From a virus (taxonomy: Duplodnaviria > Caudoviricetes): a stretch of 64,000 nucleotides of DNA. Position numbers and translations under genes: made by a program. Positions 8,690 to 16,474 of this stretch are shown here, piece after piece. The stretch's first letter is position 1. Every line of letters begins with the position of its first letter. The DNA is taken from positions 3,061 to 67,060 of the IMG/VR virus record IMGVR_UViG_2932454522_000001. One strand, 5' to 3'. The notes beneath the pieces were generated by a model, which saw only the letters and a program-made list of their open reading frames with translations, was not told the DNA's origin and searched no databases.

Positions 8690-9105
8690 CCGTGATACCG
8701 CCACAACTGCAAGCGCCCCGGGGTGGGGATAGCCTCGCGGAACTCCACCGGATCTTCCAGGAGCCAGTGGTAGAAGCCGGTGATCGAGGACCAGTGATCG
8801 GAGTCCGTGATGACGTCGGTGAGCGTCACGTGGCCGACGATCGCGCCGTACAGCTTGTCGCGGCACACCGATTCGAGCTGCCCCCGCACCCGAACAGGCT
8901 CCAAGTCACGATCGGTCAGTCCGAGACCGTGGTGACGCTCCGGGCGCATCGACGCATGGATGTAGAGCCTTCCGCGATATCCCCCGTGCGGCATCCACGA
9001 CCGGTTCTCCACCGTCTTGTCGCCCTGCATGATCCGACTCACGTAGGGCTGCTTGACGGTGAGTACGGGCCACAGTTCGCCGCTCGGGGCATCGCATTGG
9101 TCCAT
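8686..9105 (-). CDS. ASCH domain protein
   Basis: LTVKQPY...GDKTVENRSW...YRGRLYIHAS...GAIVG...PGRLQLW; the start may instead be 9114. Confidence 0.85.
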   Translation of the reverse strand: MDQCDAPSGELWPVLTVKQPYVSRIMQGDKTVENRSWMPHGGYRGRLYIHASMRPERHHGLGLTDRDLEPVRVRGQLESVCRDKLYGAIVGHVTLTDVITDSDHWSSITGFYHWLLEDPVEFREAIPTPGRLQLWRYHG

Positions 9106-9151
9106 AACCCTCATTGAACCAGCCGCGCTGCCCCTGACCAGCGGATACGTC

Positions 9152-9727
9152 ATGCCAGCAGACAAGACACCCATCACACTCGACCCCAGCCTCGACCCGT
9201 GGGAGCAGCAGCCGCGCGAGACCGACGACATGTTTCGCCGCTTCGAGGCGTACCGGAAGATGAAGGACCGCAAGGTCCGCGCCCTGGCCGTCGAGATCGG
9301 GCGCTCCCCGGCCTACCTGCAAAAGCTCGCCACCCGCATGCACTGGGCCGAGCGCGCCAAGGCCTACGACGCCGATCAGCGCCGCCGCGACGACGAAATG
9401 CTGGAGACCGCCCGGCGCCAGCACGCCAAGCAGATGGTGGCCGCCACGAGTCTCGCGCTGCGCTCTCTGCTCAAGGGCTGGCAAGAGGACCGCGAGCTGT
9501 CCAACGCCGAACTGATCCGCCTTCAGCAGGTGTTGGGCCAGGCCATCGACCCCAAGACGATCACCGTGCGCGGTGACGACGAAGCGCCGGCGATCCGCAT
9601 GACCGCCGTCCCCCTGTCGGAGGAAGAGCGCCTGGCCGAGCTGCGGGCAATCGCGGCCGACGCCGCCGCACGCGCTGAAGGGACAGACGACGTAACTATC
9701 CGCTACGACGACGAGGACGACGTCTGA
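9152..9727 (+). CDS. Putative terminase small subunit
   Basis: PWEQQPRET...F..Y...HTH...WAERAKAYD pattern; lies upstream of the large terminase. Confidence 0.65.
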   Translation: MPADKTPITLDPSLDPWEQQPRETDDMFRRFEAYRKMKDRKVRALAVEIGRSPAYLQKLATRMHWAERAKAYDADQRRRDDEMLETARRQHAKQMVAATSLALRSLLKGWQEDRELSNAELIRLQQVLGQAIDPKTITVRGDDEAPAIRMTAVPLSEEERLAELRAIAADAAARAEGTDDVTIRYDDEDDV

Positions 9728-9741
9728 TGCTCCGATGCGCC

Positions 9742-9963
9742 CTACCGGCGAATGTGGGACGTGGGCGGCGGCCACGGCACAGGCGAGTCGGGGAAGAACG
9801 ACGTGTGTCCGCAGCCGCTCCACGTAAGCGTCTCGTCGCGACCGTTCCAGAACGCGGCCGACGGCTCGTTGCACGCCAGGCACGCCAACACGCCGCCCGG
9901 CGAGTCGAACCAGTCCTGCCATTCCGCGTCGGTGAGCTGTGGGCCCCACTGTGGCTCCGCCAT
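9742..9963 (-). CDS. Small zinc-ribbon hypothetical protein
   Basis: GGAG SD; CLAC...CGH motif; fills the gap between terS and terL. Confidence 0.5.
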   Translation of the reverse strand: MAEPQWGPQLTDAEWQDWFDSPGGVLACLACNEPSAAFWNGRDETLTWSGCGHTSFFPDSPVPWPPPTSHIRR

Positions 9964-10004
9964 GACTCCAGGCTGACACGCAGGCACAGCGGGGGCGATC
10001 TCTG

Positions 10005-11597
10005 ATGCTCGATTACGCCCCCGAGGACGCCACAGAGCGCGCCCGCTATCTCGCCAACCTCGGCGACCCCGTCTCCCTCGGCTCATGGCTCGACCCGACG
10101 TTCAAGCCCCGGCCGCACGCCCGCGTCATCGGCAACGCCCTGGCGAAAGTCGCCGCAGGCAACGCCCGCAAGGTCCTCATCACCACGCCCCCGCAGGTCG
10201 GGAAGAGCACCACGGCCGCCGTGTGGGGCGTCTTCTGGTGGCTGGTGCGCAACCCGACGCACCACGTCATCATCGCCTCCTACGGCGCCGAACTCGCCGT
10301 GGAACGCGGGCGCCAGATCCGCAAGCTGGTGCGCACCTACGGCGCCCGCTTCGGCCTTTACCTGTCCTCGGACCGCTCGGCCGTCGCGGACTGGCAGCTC
10401 ACCTCCGGTGGGGGAGTGCACTGCGCCGGTGTCGGCGGCGCCCTGACCGGCCTGCCCTGTGACTTCCTCGTGGTCGACGACCCGCACAAGAACCGCGTGG
10501 AGACCGACTCGCCGACGATGCGCAAGCGCGTCGCGGAGTCGCACTCCTCCGACCTCGTCTCGCGCTTGGCGCCGGGCGCCCCGGAACTGCTGATCCTCAC
10601 GCGCTGGCACGAAGACGACCTCGCCGGCCGCCTGCTCAAGGCCGAGGGCCGCGTCGAGGACGGCGGCGAGTGGACCGTCATCCACATGCCGGCGATCGCG
10701 GACCTGACGCTGACCCCGTACGGCGACCCGCTCGGCCGCAAGGACGGCGACCCGCTCTCCCACCCCAAGATCCCCACCCGCGACCGCGACGCGCTGCTGC
10801 TGCACTGGGCACAGAAACGCGCCTCGTCGTCGCCCTACGACTGGGGCGCGCTCTACCAGGGCGACCCCCAGCCCGTTGAAGGCGCGCTGGTCTCCGCCGA
10901 GCTGATGCGCGAGCGCACGCACCTGTCCGGCCTGCCGGGTCCGCGCCGCATCGGCGTCGCCGTCGACCCCTCGGGCGGCGGCCGGGACGAAGCAGGCATC
11001 ATTGGCGGCTACATCGGCACCGACAAGCGCCTGTACTGGACCCACGACCGCTCCGCACGCATGACCTCGGATGCCTGGGCGCGCGCCGCCGCCCAGCTCG
11101 CCATGGAGACCCACGCCTCCGTGATCTACGTGGAGAAGAACTTCGGCGGCGACCAGGCCGAACTCGCGATCAAGACGGCATGGAAACTGCTCTACCAGGA
11201 GTGGCACGACGCCAACGCCTACGACGATAACGGCAACCCGCAAGCCCACCTCGGCCCGAACCCGTACGCCGGGCTGACCCCGCTGGTGGAGTCCAAGAGC
11301 GCGCGTATCGGAAAGCTCCTGCGCGCCGAACCGGTCGCCGGCCAGCTGCGCGAGGACCGTATCCGCCTGGCCGAGCACATGCCCGAGCTGGTCAAGGAGT
11401 GGTGCACCTTCCAGCCCGAATCATCGTGGTCACCGGGCCGTATCGACGCCTCCGTTCTGCTGGCTGACCAGTTGCTCGGCCCGCCGTCGACCGGCAACGC
11501 GCTCAACTCGCCGCAGGGCTCACGCCAGGAGATCGCCAACCGTGCCGCACAGCAACGCGGCGGCCCGCGGATCGGTAAACGCTCCTACGGCGGCTGA
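10005..11597 (+). CDS. terL: Terminase large subunit
   Basis: Walker A PPQVGKST, Walker B LVVDDP, TRWHEDD, nuclease motifs VAVDPSG and EKNFGG. Confidence 0.93.
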   Translation: MLDYAPEDATERARYLANLGDPVSLGSWLDPTFKPRPHARVIGNALAKVAAGNARKVLITTPPQVGKSTTAAVWGVFWWLVRNPTHHVIIASYGAELAVERGRQIRKLVRTYGARFGLYLSSDRSAVADWQLTSGGGVHCAGVGGALTGLPCDFLVVDDPHKNRVETDSPTMRKRVAESHSSDLVSRLAPGAPELLILTRWHEDDLAGRLLKAEGRVEDGGEWTVIHMPAIADLTLTPYGDPLGRKDGDPLSHPKIPTRDRDALLLHWAQKRASSSPYDWGALYQGDPQPVEGALVSAELMRERTHLSGLPGPRRIGVAVDPSGGGRDEAGIIGGYIGTDKRLYWTHDRSARMTSDAWARAAAQLAMETHASVIYVEKNFGGDQAELAIKTAWKLLYQEWHDANAYDDNGNPQAHLGPNPYAGLTPLVESKSARIGKLLRAEPVAGQLREDRIRLAEHMPELVKEWCTFQPESSWSPGRIDASVLLADQLLGPPSTGNALNSPQGSRQEIANRAAQQRGGPRIGKRSYGG

Positions 11598-11603
11598 CCC
11601 GAG

Positions 11604-12737
11604 CTACGTGATCCCGCCTGGGACTGAGACAGTGACCCCATCAGGCAGCGGGACCGGGAGTCCGCGCAACGCTGCCTGATGGGGCACGATTATGGAGACG
11701 CGGGCCCCATGGAACTGGGCATCATTCAAGTTGAGGCTGTAGCTATCGGTAGCGAGTTGGTGGATCGTGACTTGCCCTTGCTCGAACCGTGCGGCAGCGA
11801 AGCTGTTCCAGCAACCATTTTCCCTGATGAGCGTGCTGAAAAGGCTGCCCGTGAATCGAGCGTTCCGAAAACTAATCCTGCCGTTTGGGGATGTGCCAAA
11901 CCTGCGGCGAGGGTTCGAGAGGCAAACGAATCGAGCTTCGTCCTCGAACTGTGCCTGGTCGAAGTCCATGCGGGCGCCAGCGCTCCCCAGGGTGACAGCG
12001 AACCTGGTGGAGCCTTTGAAGATCGCGTTTTGAAAGTTGAGAACGCTGAACTCGGGACTGATATCGACGAACTGTGCGTCGCGCAGTATTGCGCCGCTGA
12101 GGTTGAAATACAGCCCGTCCCAGAGCCGCTCACCGCTGAGATGCTTCTGTATCTGTTCGACGATGGTGTTCCGTACTTGCCACTCCGCCGTGTGGTCGGT
12201 GCTGGACGACTCGCCGGGCAGGCGGAGGTATGCGCATAGGACGTCGACGCAGGTCTGCGCCATGGCCGCAGTGGGCGCGTCGTCGGCGAGAGCGGCCAGA
12301 GAGTGGACGCCACCAAGGCGAACAGCGGCAGATGACTCGTTACCGAGCTGGTCCACTGCGTTGCTGAAGCGCTCGGTGTGCAGCCGGACTGCATCGCGGA
12401 ACGCGGCATTTTCGTCAATTCGTTGACGCCGATATGCGACGACGAGGGCCACCAGTGCGCCAGCTCCGGCGACTACTCCGAAGGAGAGTTTCACCAGGTC
12501 GAACAGTGTCGTGGAGTCGATGACAGTTGAGGACTTGACTCTTCGGGCGCCGATGATGTCCCACCCCGCGTAGAACGCGCCGCAGGCGACGCCGACGGCA
12601 ACGACGAAGGTGACTGTCAGGGCCGCCCACACGTGCGTCAGGCGTGGAGCAGGTTTTTCAGGTTGCCCGATGGGGCGACGAAAGCGGTCCAACTCGTCAG
12701 ACCAGTCAGGTAGAGGCACTTGAGGTACGGCTCCCAT
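11604..12737 (-). CDS. Membrane-anchored pentapeptide-repeat protein (moron)
   Basis: Two TM segments, AVRLGGVHSL..LADD and VDVLCAYLR motifs, then xFxxAxF repeats; lower GC than flanks. Confidence 0.8.
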   Translation of the reverse strand: MGAVPQVPLPDWSDELDRFRRPIGQPEKPAPRLTHVWAALTVTFVVAVGVACGAFYAGWDIIGARRVKSSTVIDSTTLFDLVKLSFGVVAGAGALVALVVAYRRQRIDENAAFRDAVRLHTERFSNAVDQLGNESSAAVRLGGVHSLAALADDAPTAAMAQTCVDVLCAYLRLPGESSSTDHTAEWQVRNTIVEQIQKHLSGERLWDGLYFNLSGAILRDAQFVDISPEFSVLNFQNAIFKGSTRFAVTLGSAGARMDFDQAQFEDEARFVCLSNPRRRFGTSPNGRISFRNARFTGSLFSTLIRENGCWNSFAAARFEQGQVTIHQLATDSYSLNLNDAQFHGARVSIIVPHQAALRGLPVPLPDGVTVSVPGGIT

Positions 12738-12802
12738 CCGTCACAAGTGATGTTCTGAGCGCGCTGGTGCTGTTCAAGGCCGTTCGGCGCCGCCCGCGGG
12801 CG

Positions 12803-13240
12803 TCAGCGAGCGGCGCGCCGCGCACCGCCCTGCACGTTGCTGCCGCTGCCCGAGCGGAACGCGGAAGGGGTCGCTTTCGGCGGCCCCTGACGGACCGGGC
12901 CGCCCTCTACCGGATTGCCCTCTCCCATCGGGCGGAACGTGAAGGATGGCTCCGACTCGTCGAGATCGATCGTCAGGTGGGAGTCCAAGGCGCGCGCGAG
13001 GCGCTGGAGCAAGGGCAGCGTGGGTACGTGTCCGCCGCCCTCGATCTGCGACACCTTCGGCTGCGACAACCCCGAACGCTCGGCGACCTGCGCCTGGGTC
13101 AGCCCTAGTTCAGTGCGCCGGTTGTACAGCGCTTCGGCGAGGGCAATGGCGTACCCGGCCTCGATGTACTCTGCCGACGGCTCGACCTTCTCGCCTGCGA
13201 GGCGCCGCGTGCGGGTGGTCTTCCACTTTGCGTGGTTCAT
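12803..13240 (-). CDS. XRE-family HTH antitoxin (HigA-like)
   Basis: RRTELGLTQAQVAERSGLSQPKVSQIEGG; ATGA-coupled downstream of the toxin. Confidence 0.85.
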   Translation of the reverse strand: MNHAKWKTTRTRRLAGEKVEPSAEYIEAGYAIALAEALYNRRTELGLTQAQVAERSGLSQPKVSQIEGGGHVPTLPLLQRLARALDSHLTIDLDESEPSFTFRPMGEGNPVEGGPVRQGPPKATPSAFRSGSGSNVQGGARRAAR

Positions 13241-13614
13241 GAGTCCTCCTCGCTCGCGCGGGTGTAGTCGTGGGAAGCGGCGTCGTGCTCGGCCTCGCAC
13301 CGCTTTTGGGCGTCCTTGGCGCGCTCAACCTCGGTCCGCTCGTTCATTTTCGTCTTGCGAAAGACCGTGAGCAGGACGATGCGGCGTCCAGTGGCCAGCC
13401 AGTACGCGATGCGCACGGCGTTGTCGCCGAGGTGGAAGCGCAGTTCGTGGACCTTGTCTCCGAGCGGCTTGCTCCACGGCATGCCTGCTTGGAGAGGATC
13501 GGGCAACAGCTTGTCCGCGAAGCGCTCCACGCGCGCGTAGTCGCCATCGGACAGGGTGTCGAGGTAGTGCTCGACCTCTATCTCAAGCTCGATGGTCCAC
13601 GGCTGCTCGCTCAC
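13237..13614 (-). CDS. RelE/ParE-superfamily toxin (HigB / Gp49-like)
   Basis: PWSKPLGDKVHELRF...RIAY...IVLLTVFRKT; toxin-first gene order. Confidence 0.85.
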   Translation of the reverse strand: MSEQPWTIELEIEVEHYLDTLSDGDYARVERFADKLLPDPLQAGMPWSKPLGDKVHELRFHLGDNAVRIAYWLATGRRIVLLTVFRKTKMNERTEVERAKDAQKRCEAEHDAASHDYTRASEEDS

Positions 13615-13620
13615 ACCCCC

Positions 13621-13640
13621 AGTATATCGAAATCGGTATG
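13621..13640 (-). promoter_or_regulatory. Leaderless promoter/operator of the TA operon
   Basis: -10 TATACT lies 6 nt before the GTG start, overlapped by the imperfect palindrome tatatcga-aa-tcggtatg. Confidence 0.55.
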
Positions 13641-13662
13641 CGAGTGTCGCGGGCGGTGCCGT

Positions 13663-13893
13663 TCAGTGGCCGCAGTGCGGGCACCGTGCTGAACGCGTGC
13701 CGCGCGTTCCGATGGCGATGCCGTCTGCGCGCATCCGCCGCAGGTACACGCTTGCCGTTGATGCCACCACGCCGGCCTTGTCGGCCAGCTCGCGCAGCGA
13801 CGGTTCCTCGCCGAACTCCGCTACCCAGTCCGCGTGCGCCCGCCGCAGGTCCTCGCGGCGCTCGCTCTGCGGCTTCCAGTCCCGTGTCCTCAT
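13663..13893 (-). CDS. LexA-DBD-like winged-HTH protein with C-terminal CxxC
   Basis: GEEPSLRELADKAGV.ASTASVYLRRM and CPHCGH motifs; AGAAGG SD. Confidence 0.65.
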   Translation of the reverse strand: MRTRDWKPQSERREDLRRAHADWVAEFGEEPSLRELADKAGVVASTASVYLRRMRADGIAIGTRGTRSARCPHCGH

Positions 13894-14173
13894 CCTTCTA
13901 ATGAATCACGTGTTCGATTTATCGGGCAACGGACCCTCGTCGGTCGGCTCGTGAAGCAGGTCTCCCCGGGGGCGGGAGCGCCATTGTGCGGGGTCGGTCT
14001 GGATGTCGGCGAGGCAGGAGGGCGGGACGCGTTTGCCTGCCGCGATGCCGATGGCGATGACGACGGGGGCTGCCAGCAGGGCGCGGCGTGTTAGTTCGAT
14101 GACGTTCCTCCGTTCGTGACTTTACGCAACAGATCCTTCACTGAAACGGTATTGAGGCCGTAAGATTTGCGCC

Positions 14174-14554
14174 GTGACGATCACTTTGTGGGCATTCTTT
14201 CTCGTGACGCTGGGTGCGGCGAGGATCACGCGTGTCGTGACTACCGACACGATCGCGGCCCCGCTGCGCGACTACTTCGCCGCTCGGGCGCTGAGGACCT
14301 ACAAAGCAGATCTCCGTGAGGCGGGAGAGGACAAGGGCGCGCGGGAGCGGATCAAGCCCGTCGACGAGCGCGGCCTGTACGCCGGGCTCACGTGCTCCTG
14401 GTGCGTCGGGTTCTGGGCCGTCCTGGCCGCCTACGTGATCGTCTTCCTCCTCACCGACTGGCCCGATACGACGCTGGGCTGGTTCGCCGCCGCCGCCCAG
14501 GTCCTGGCCGCCGCCTGGCTCGTCGGCGCCCTCAACCAGCGCTACGCCCGGTAA
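14174..14554 (+). CDS. DUF1360-like membrane protein
   Basis: RITRVVTTDTI..PLR and LTCSWCVGFW motifs; TM helices; directly before the portal gene. Confidence 0.7.
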   Translation: MTITLWAFFLVTLGAARITRVVTTDTIAAPLRDYFAARALRTYKADLREAGEDKGARERIKPVDERGLYAGLTCSWCVGFWAVLAAYVIVFLLTDWPDTTLGWFAAAAQVLAAAWLVGALNQRYAR

Positions 14555-14560
14555 CCCGCC

Positions 14561-16474
14561 TTGCCCACGCTGCCCAAGCCCCGCGCCCTGCGCGCCGCGT
14601 CCCTGATCGCGAGCGCGGAACTGCTGCGTTCCCCGCGCAAGACGACCGCGCGCAGTGTGAACCGCAACCGCTCCCGCTCCTCCATCAGCCAGCTCCCCGC
14701 GTCCGCGGGCTGGCAGGCCGACGCGTGGGGCTACTACCGCAAGTGCGGCGAACTCCGGCAAGGCGTGCGCTGGTTGTCCAACGCCTGTAGCAGGGCGACG
14801 CTGAAGCTGGGCATCGTCGACCCGCGCGGCGACGGCACCCCCGTTCCCGTCGACGACCAGGACCTCATCGACCGCTACCTCGGCCAGTGGGCGGGCGGCA
14901 CCGACGGACAGGCCGACCTCCTCGCGCAGATGGCCATCCACTACACGGTCGTCGGCGAGTGGTATCTCGTCGGCTACACCGATCCGGACTGGCAGCCCAA
15001 CCCGGCCGATCCGGGCGAGAAGCCCGCAGAGATCTGGACCGTGGCCTCGCGCGCCCAGCTCCAGGTCACCGGCTCCGGCCCCGACGCCCCGTTCCGCCTC
15101 CAGATCGGCGAAAACCAATACGTCGATCTCGTCGAGAGCCAGTCCTTCATGGCGCGGAACTGGCGCCCGGACCCTGAGCGCCCGTGGCTGCCGGACTCGC
15201 CGGTCCAGCCACTGCTGCCGGACCTGCGGATCCTGTGCGGGTTGACGGCGCATGTGAATGCCACGATCGATTCGCGCCTGGCCGGTAACGGCATCCTCGC
15301 CGTCCCCCAAGAGGCCTCGCTGACGGGTGCGGAGACACCGCCCGAGACGGACGCTGACGGCAACCCCCGTGACGATGTCGATGAGTTCATGGACGAACTC
15401 ATCGAGAACATGGTCCCCGCGATCACCGACCGCGACCGCGCCAGCGCGGTGGTCCCGATCGTGCTGCGCGCCCGGGGCGAGGACATCGGCAACATCAAGT
15501 TCATCGACCTCGCCTCGAAGTTCGACGAGCGCGCCCAGGAACTCCTCGAACAGGCCCAGCGCAAAGTCGCCATCGGCATGGACGTGCCCCCGGCCGTCAT
15601 CCTCGGCAACGACGACACGAATCATTGGACGGCCTGGCAAATTTCCGAGGAGGGCGTGGAGCTCCACGTCGACCCGCTGCTGAAGCTGTTCACCCAACCC
15701 CTGACCGACCGCTACCTGCGCCCGTTGATGCTCGACGACGGCATCCAGAACGCGTCCCGGTACGTCATCTACGCCGACACCACCGAACTCACGCTGCGCC
15801 CCGACCAGTCCGAGGACGCGCTCCAGCTGTACGACCGGGGCGAGTTGTCCGGCGAGGCGATGCGGCGCGAGGTCGGGTTCGGCGACGGCGACAAGCCCAC
15901 CGACGAGGAGCGCACGCGCCGGCTGCTGTGGAAGCTCGCCGAGGACCCCCAGCTGGCCCCCGTGCTCCTGCGACAGATCCTCGGTCCCGAGGCAGCCGCC
16001 GCGATCGGCCTGCCGACACAACAGAATCCCGCCTCCGCCGGACCGGGGGCGGGCCCTGCGGCCGTGGGTGCTGGAGCCGGGCAGCGCCAGGCACCCACGG
16101 CCGATACAGGACAGGCCGCCGAGCCCCGGGCGATCCCGCGCGAACCCGCCGCGGGCGCCGGTATGGCGCTCATGGCCGCCTCCGACATGGCCGTACGCCG
16201 CGCCCTGGAAGTCGCCGGCAAGCGCATGACGTCCTCGCGCACCGCCATGGACTCCAACGTCCCGGCCTGGCAGGTGCATACGCAGATGCAGGCGCAGACC
16301 GACATGGCGCGCCTGCTCGACGGGGCATGGACGCATCTGTCGTCGTGCCCGTTCGCCACCTCCGAAGCGATCGCGGCCGTCGACCGCTACACCCGTCGCC
16401 TGATCACCGGGCAGCAGGCGCACGACGCCGCGCTGCTGGAACGGCACATGCGTGATGCCGGGGTCCTCGTATGA
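14561..16474 (+). CDS. Portal protein
   Basis: Position and size; AWGYYR.CGELR, SRLAGNGIL.VP and NHWTAWQI motifs seen in actinophage portals. Confidence 0.85.
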   Translation: MPTLPKPRALRAASLIASAELLRSPRKTTARSVNRNRSRSSISQLPASAGWQADAWGYYRKCGELRQGVRWLSNACSRATLKLGIVDPRGDGTPVPVDDQDLIDRYLGQWAGGTDGQADLLAQMAIHYTVVGEWYLVGYTDPDWQPNPADPGEKPAEIWTVASRAQLQVTGSGPDAPFRLQIGENQYVDLVESQSFMARNWRPDPERPWLPDSPVQPLLPDLRILCGLTAHVNATIDSRLAGNGILAVPQEASLTGAETPPETDADGNPRDDVDEFMDELIENMVPAITDRDRASAVVPIVLRARGEDIGNIKFIDLASKFDERAQELLEQAQRKVAIGMDVPPAVILGNDDTNHWTAWQISEEGVELHVDPLLKLFTQPLTDRYLRPLMLDDGIQNASRYVIYADTTELTLRPDQSEDALQLYDRGELSGEAMRREVGFGDGDKPTDEERTRRLLWKLAEDPQLAPVLLRQILGPEAAAAIGLPTQQNPASAGPGAGPAAVGAGAGQRQAPTADTGQAAEPRAIPREPAAGAGMALMAASDMAVRRALEVAGKRMTSSRTAMDSNVPAWQVHTQMQAQTDMARLLDGAWTHLSSCPFATSEAIAAVDRYTRRLITGQQAHDAALLERHMRDAGVLV

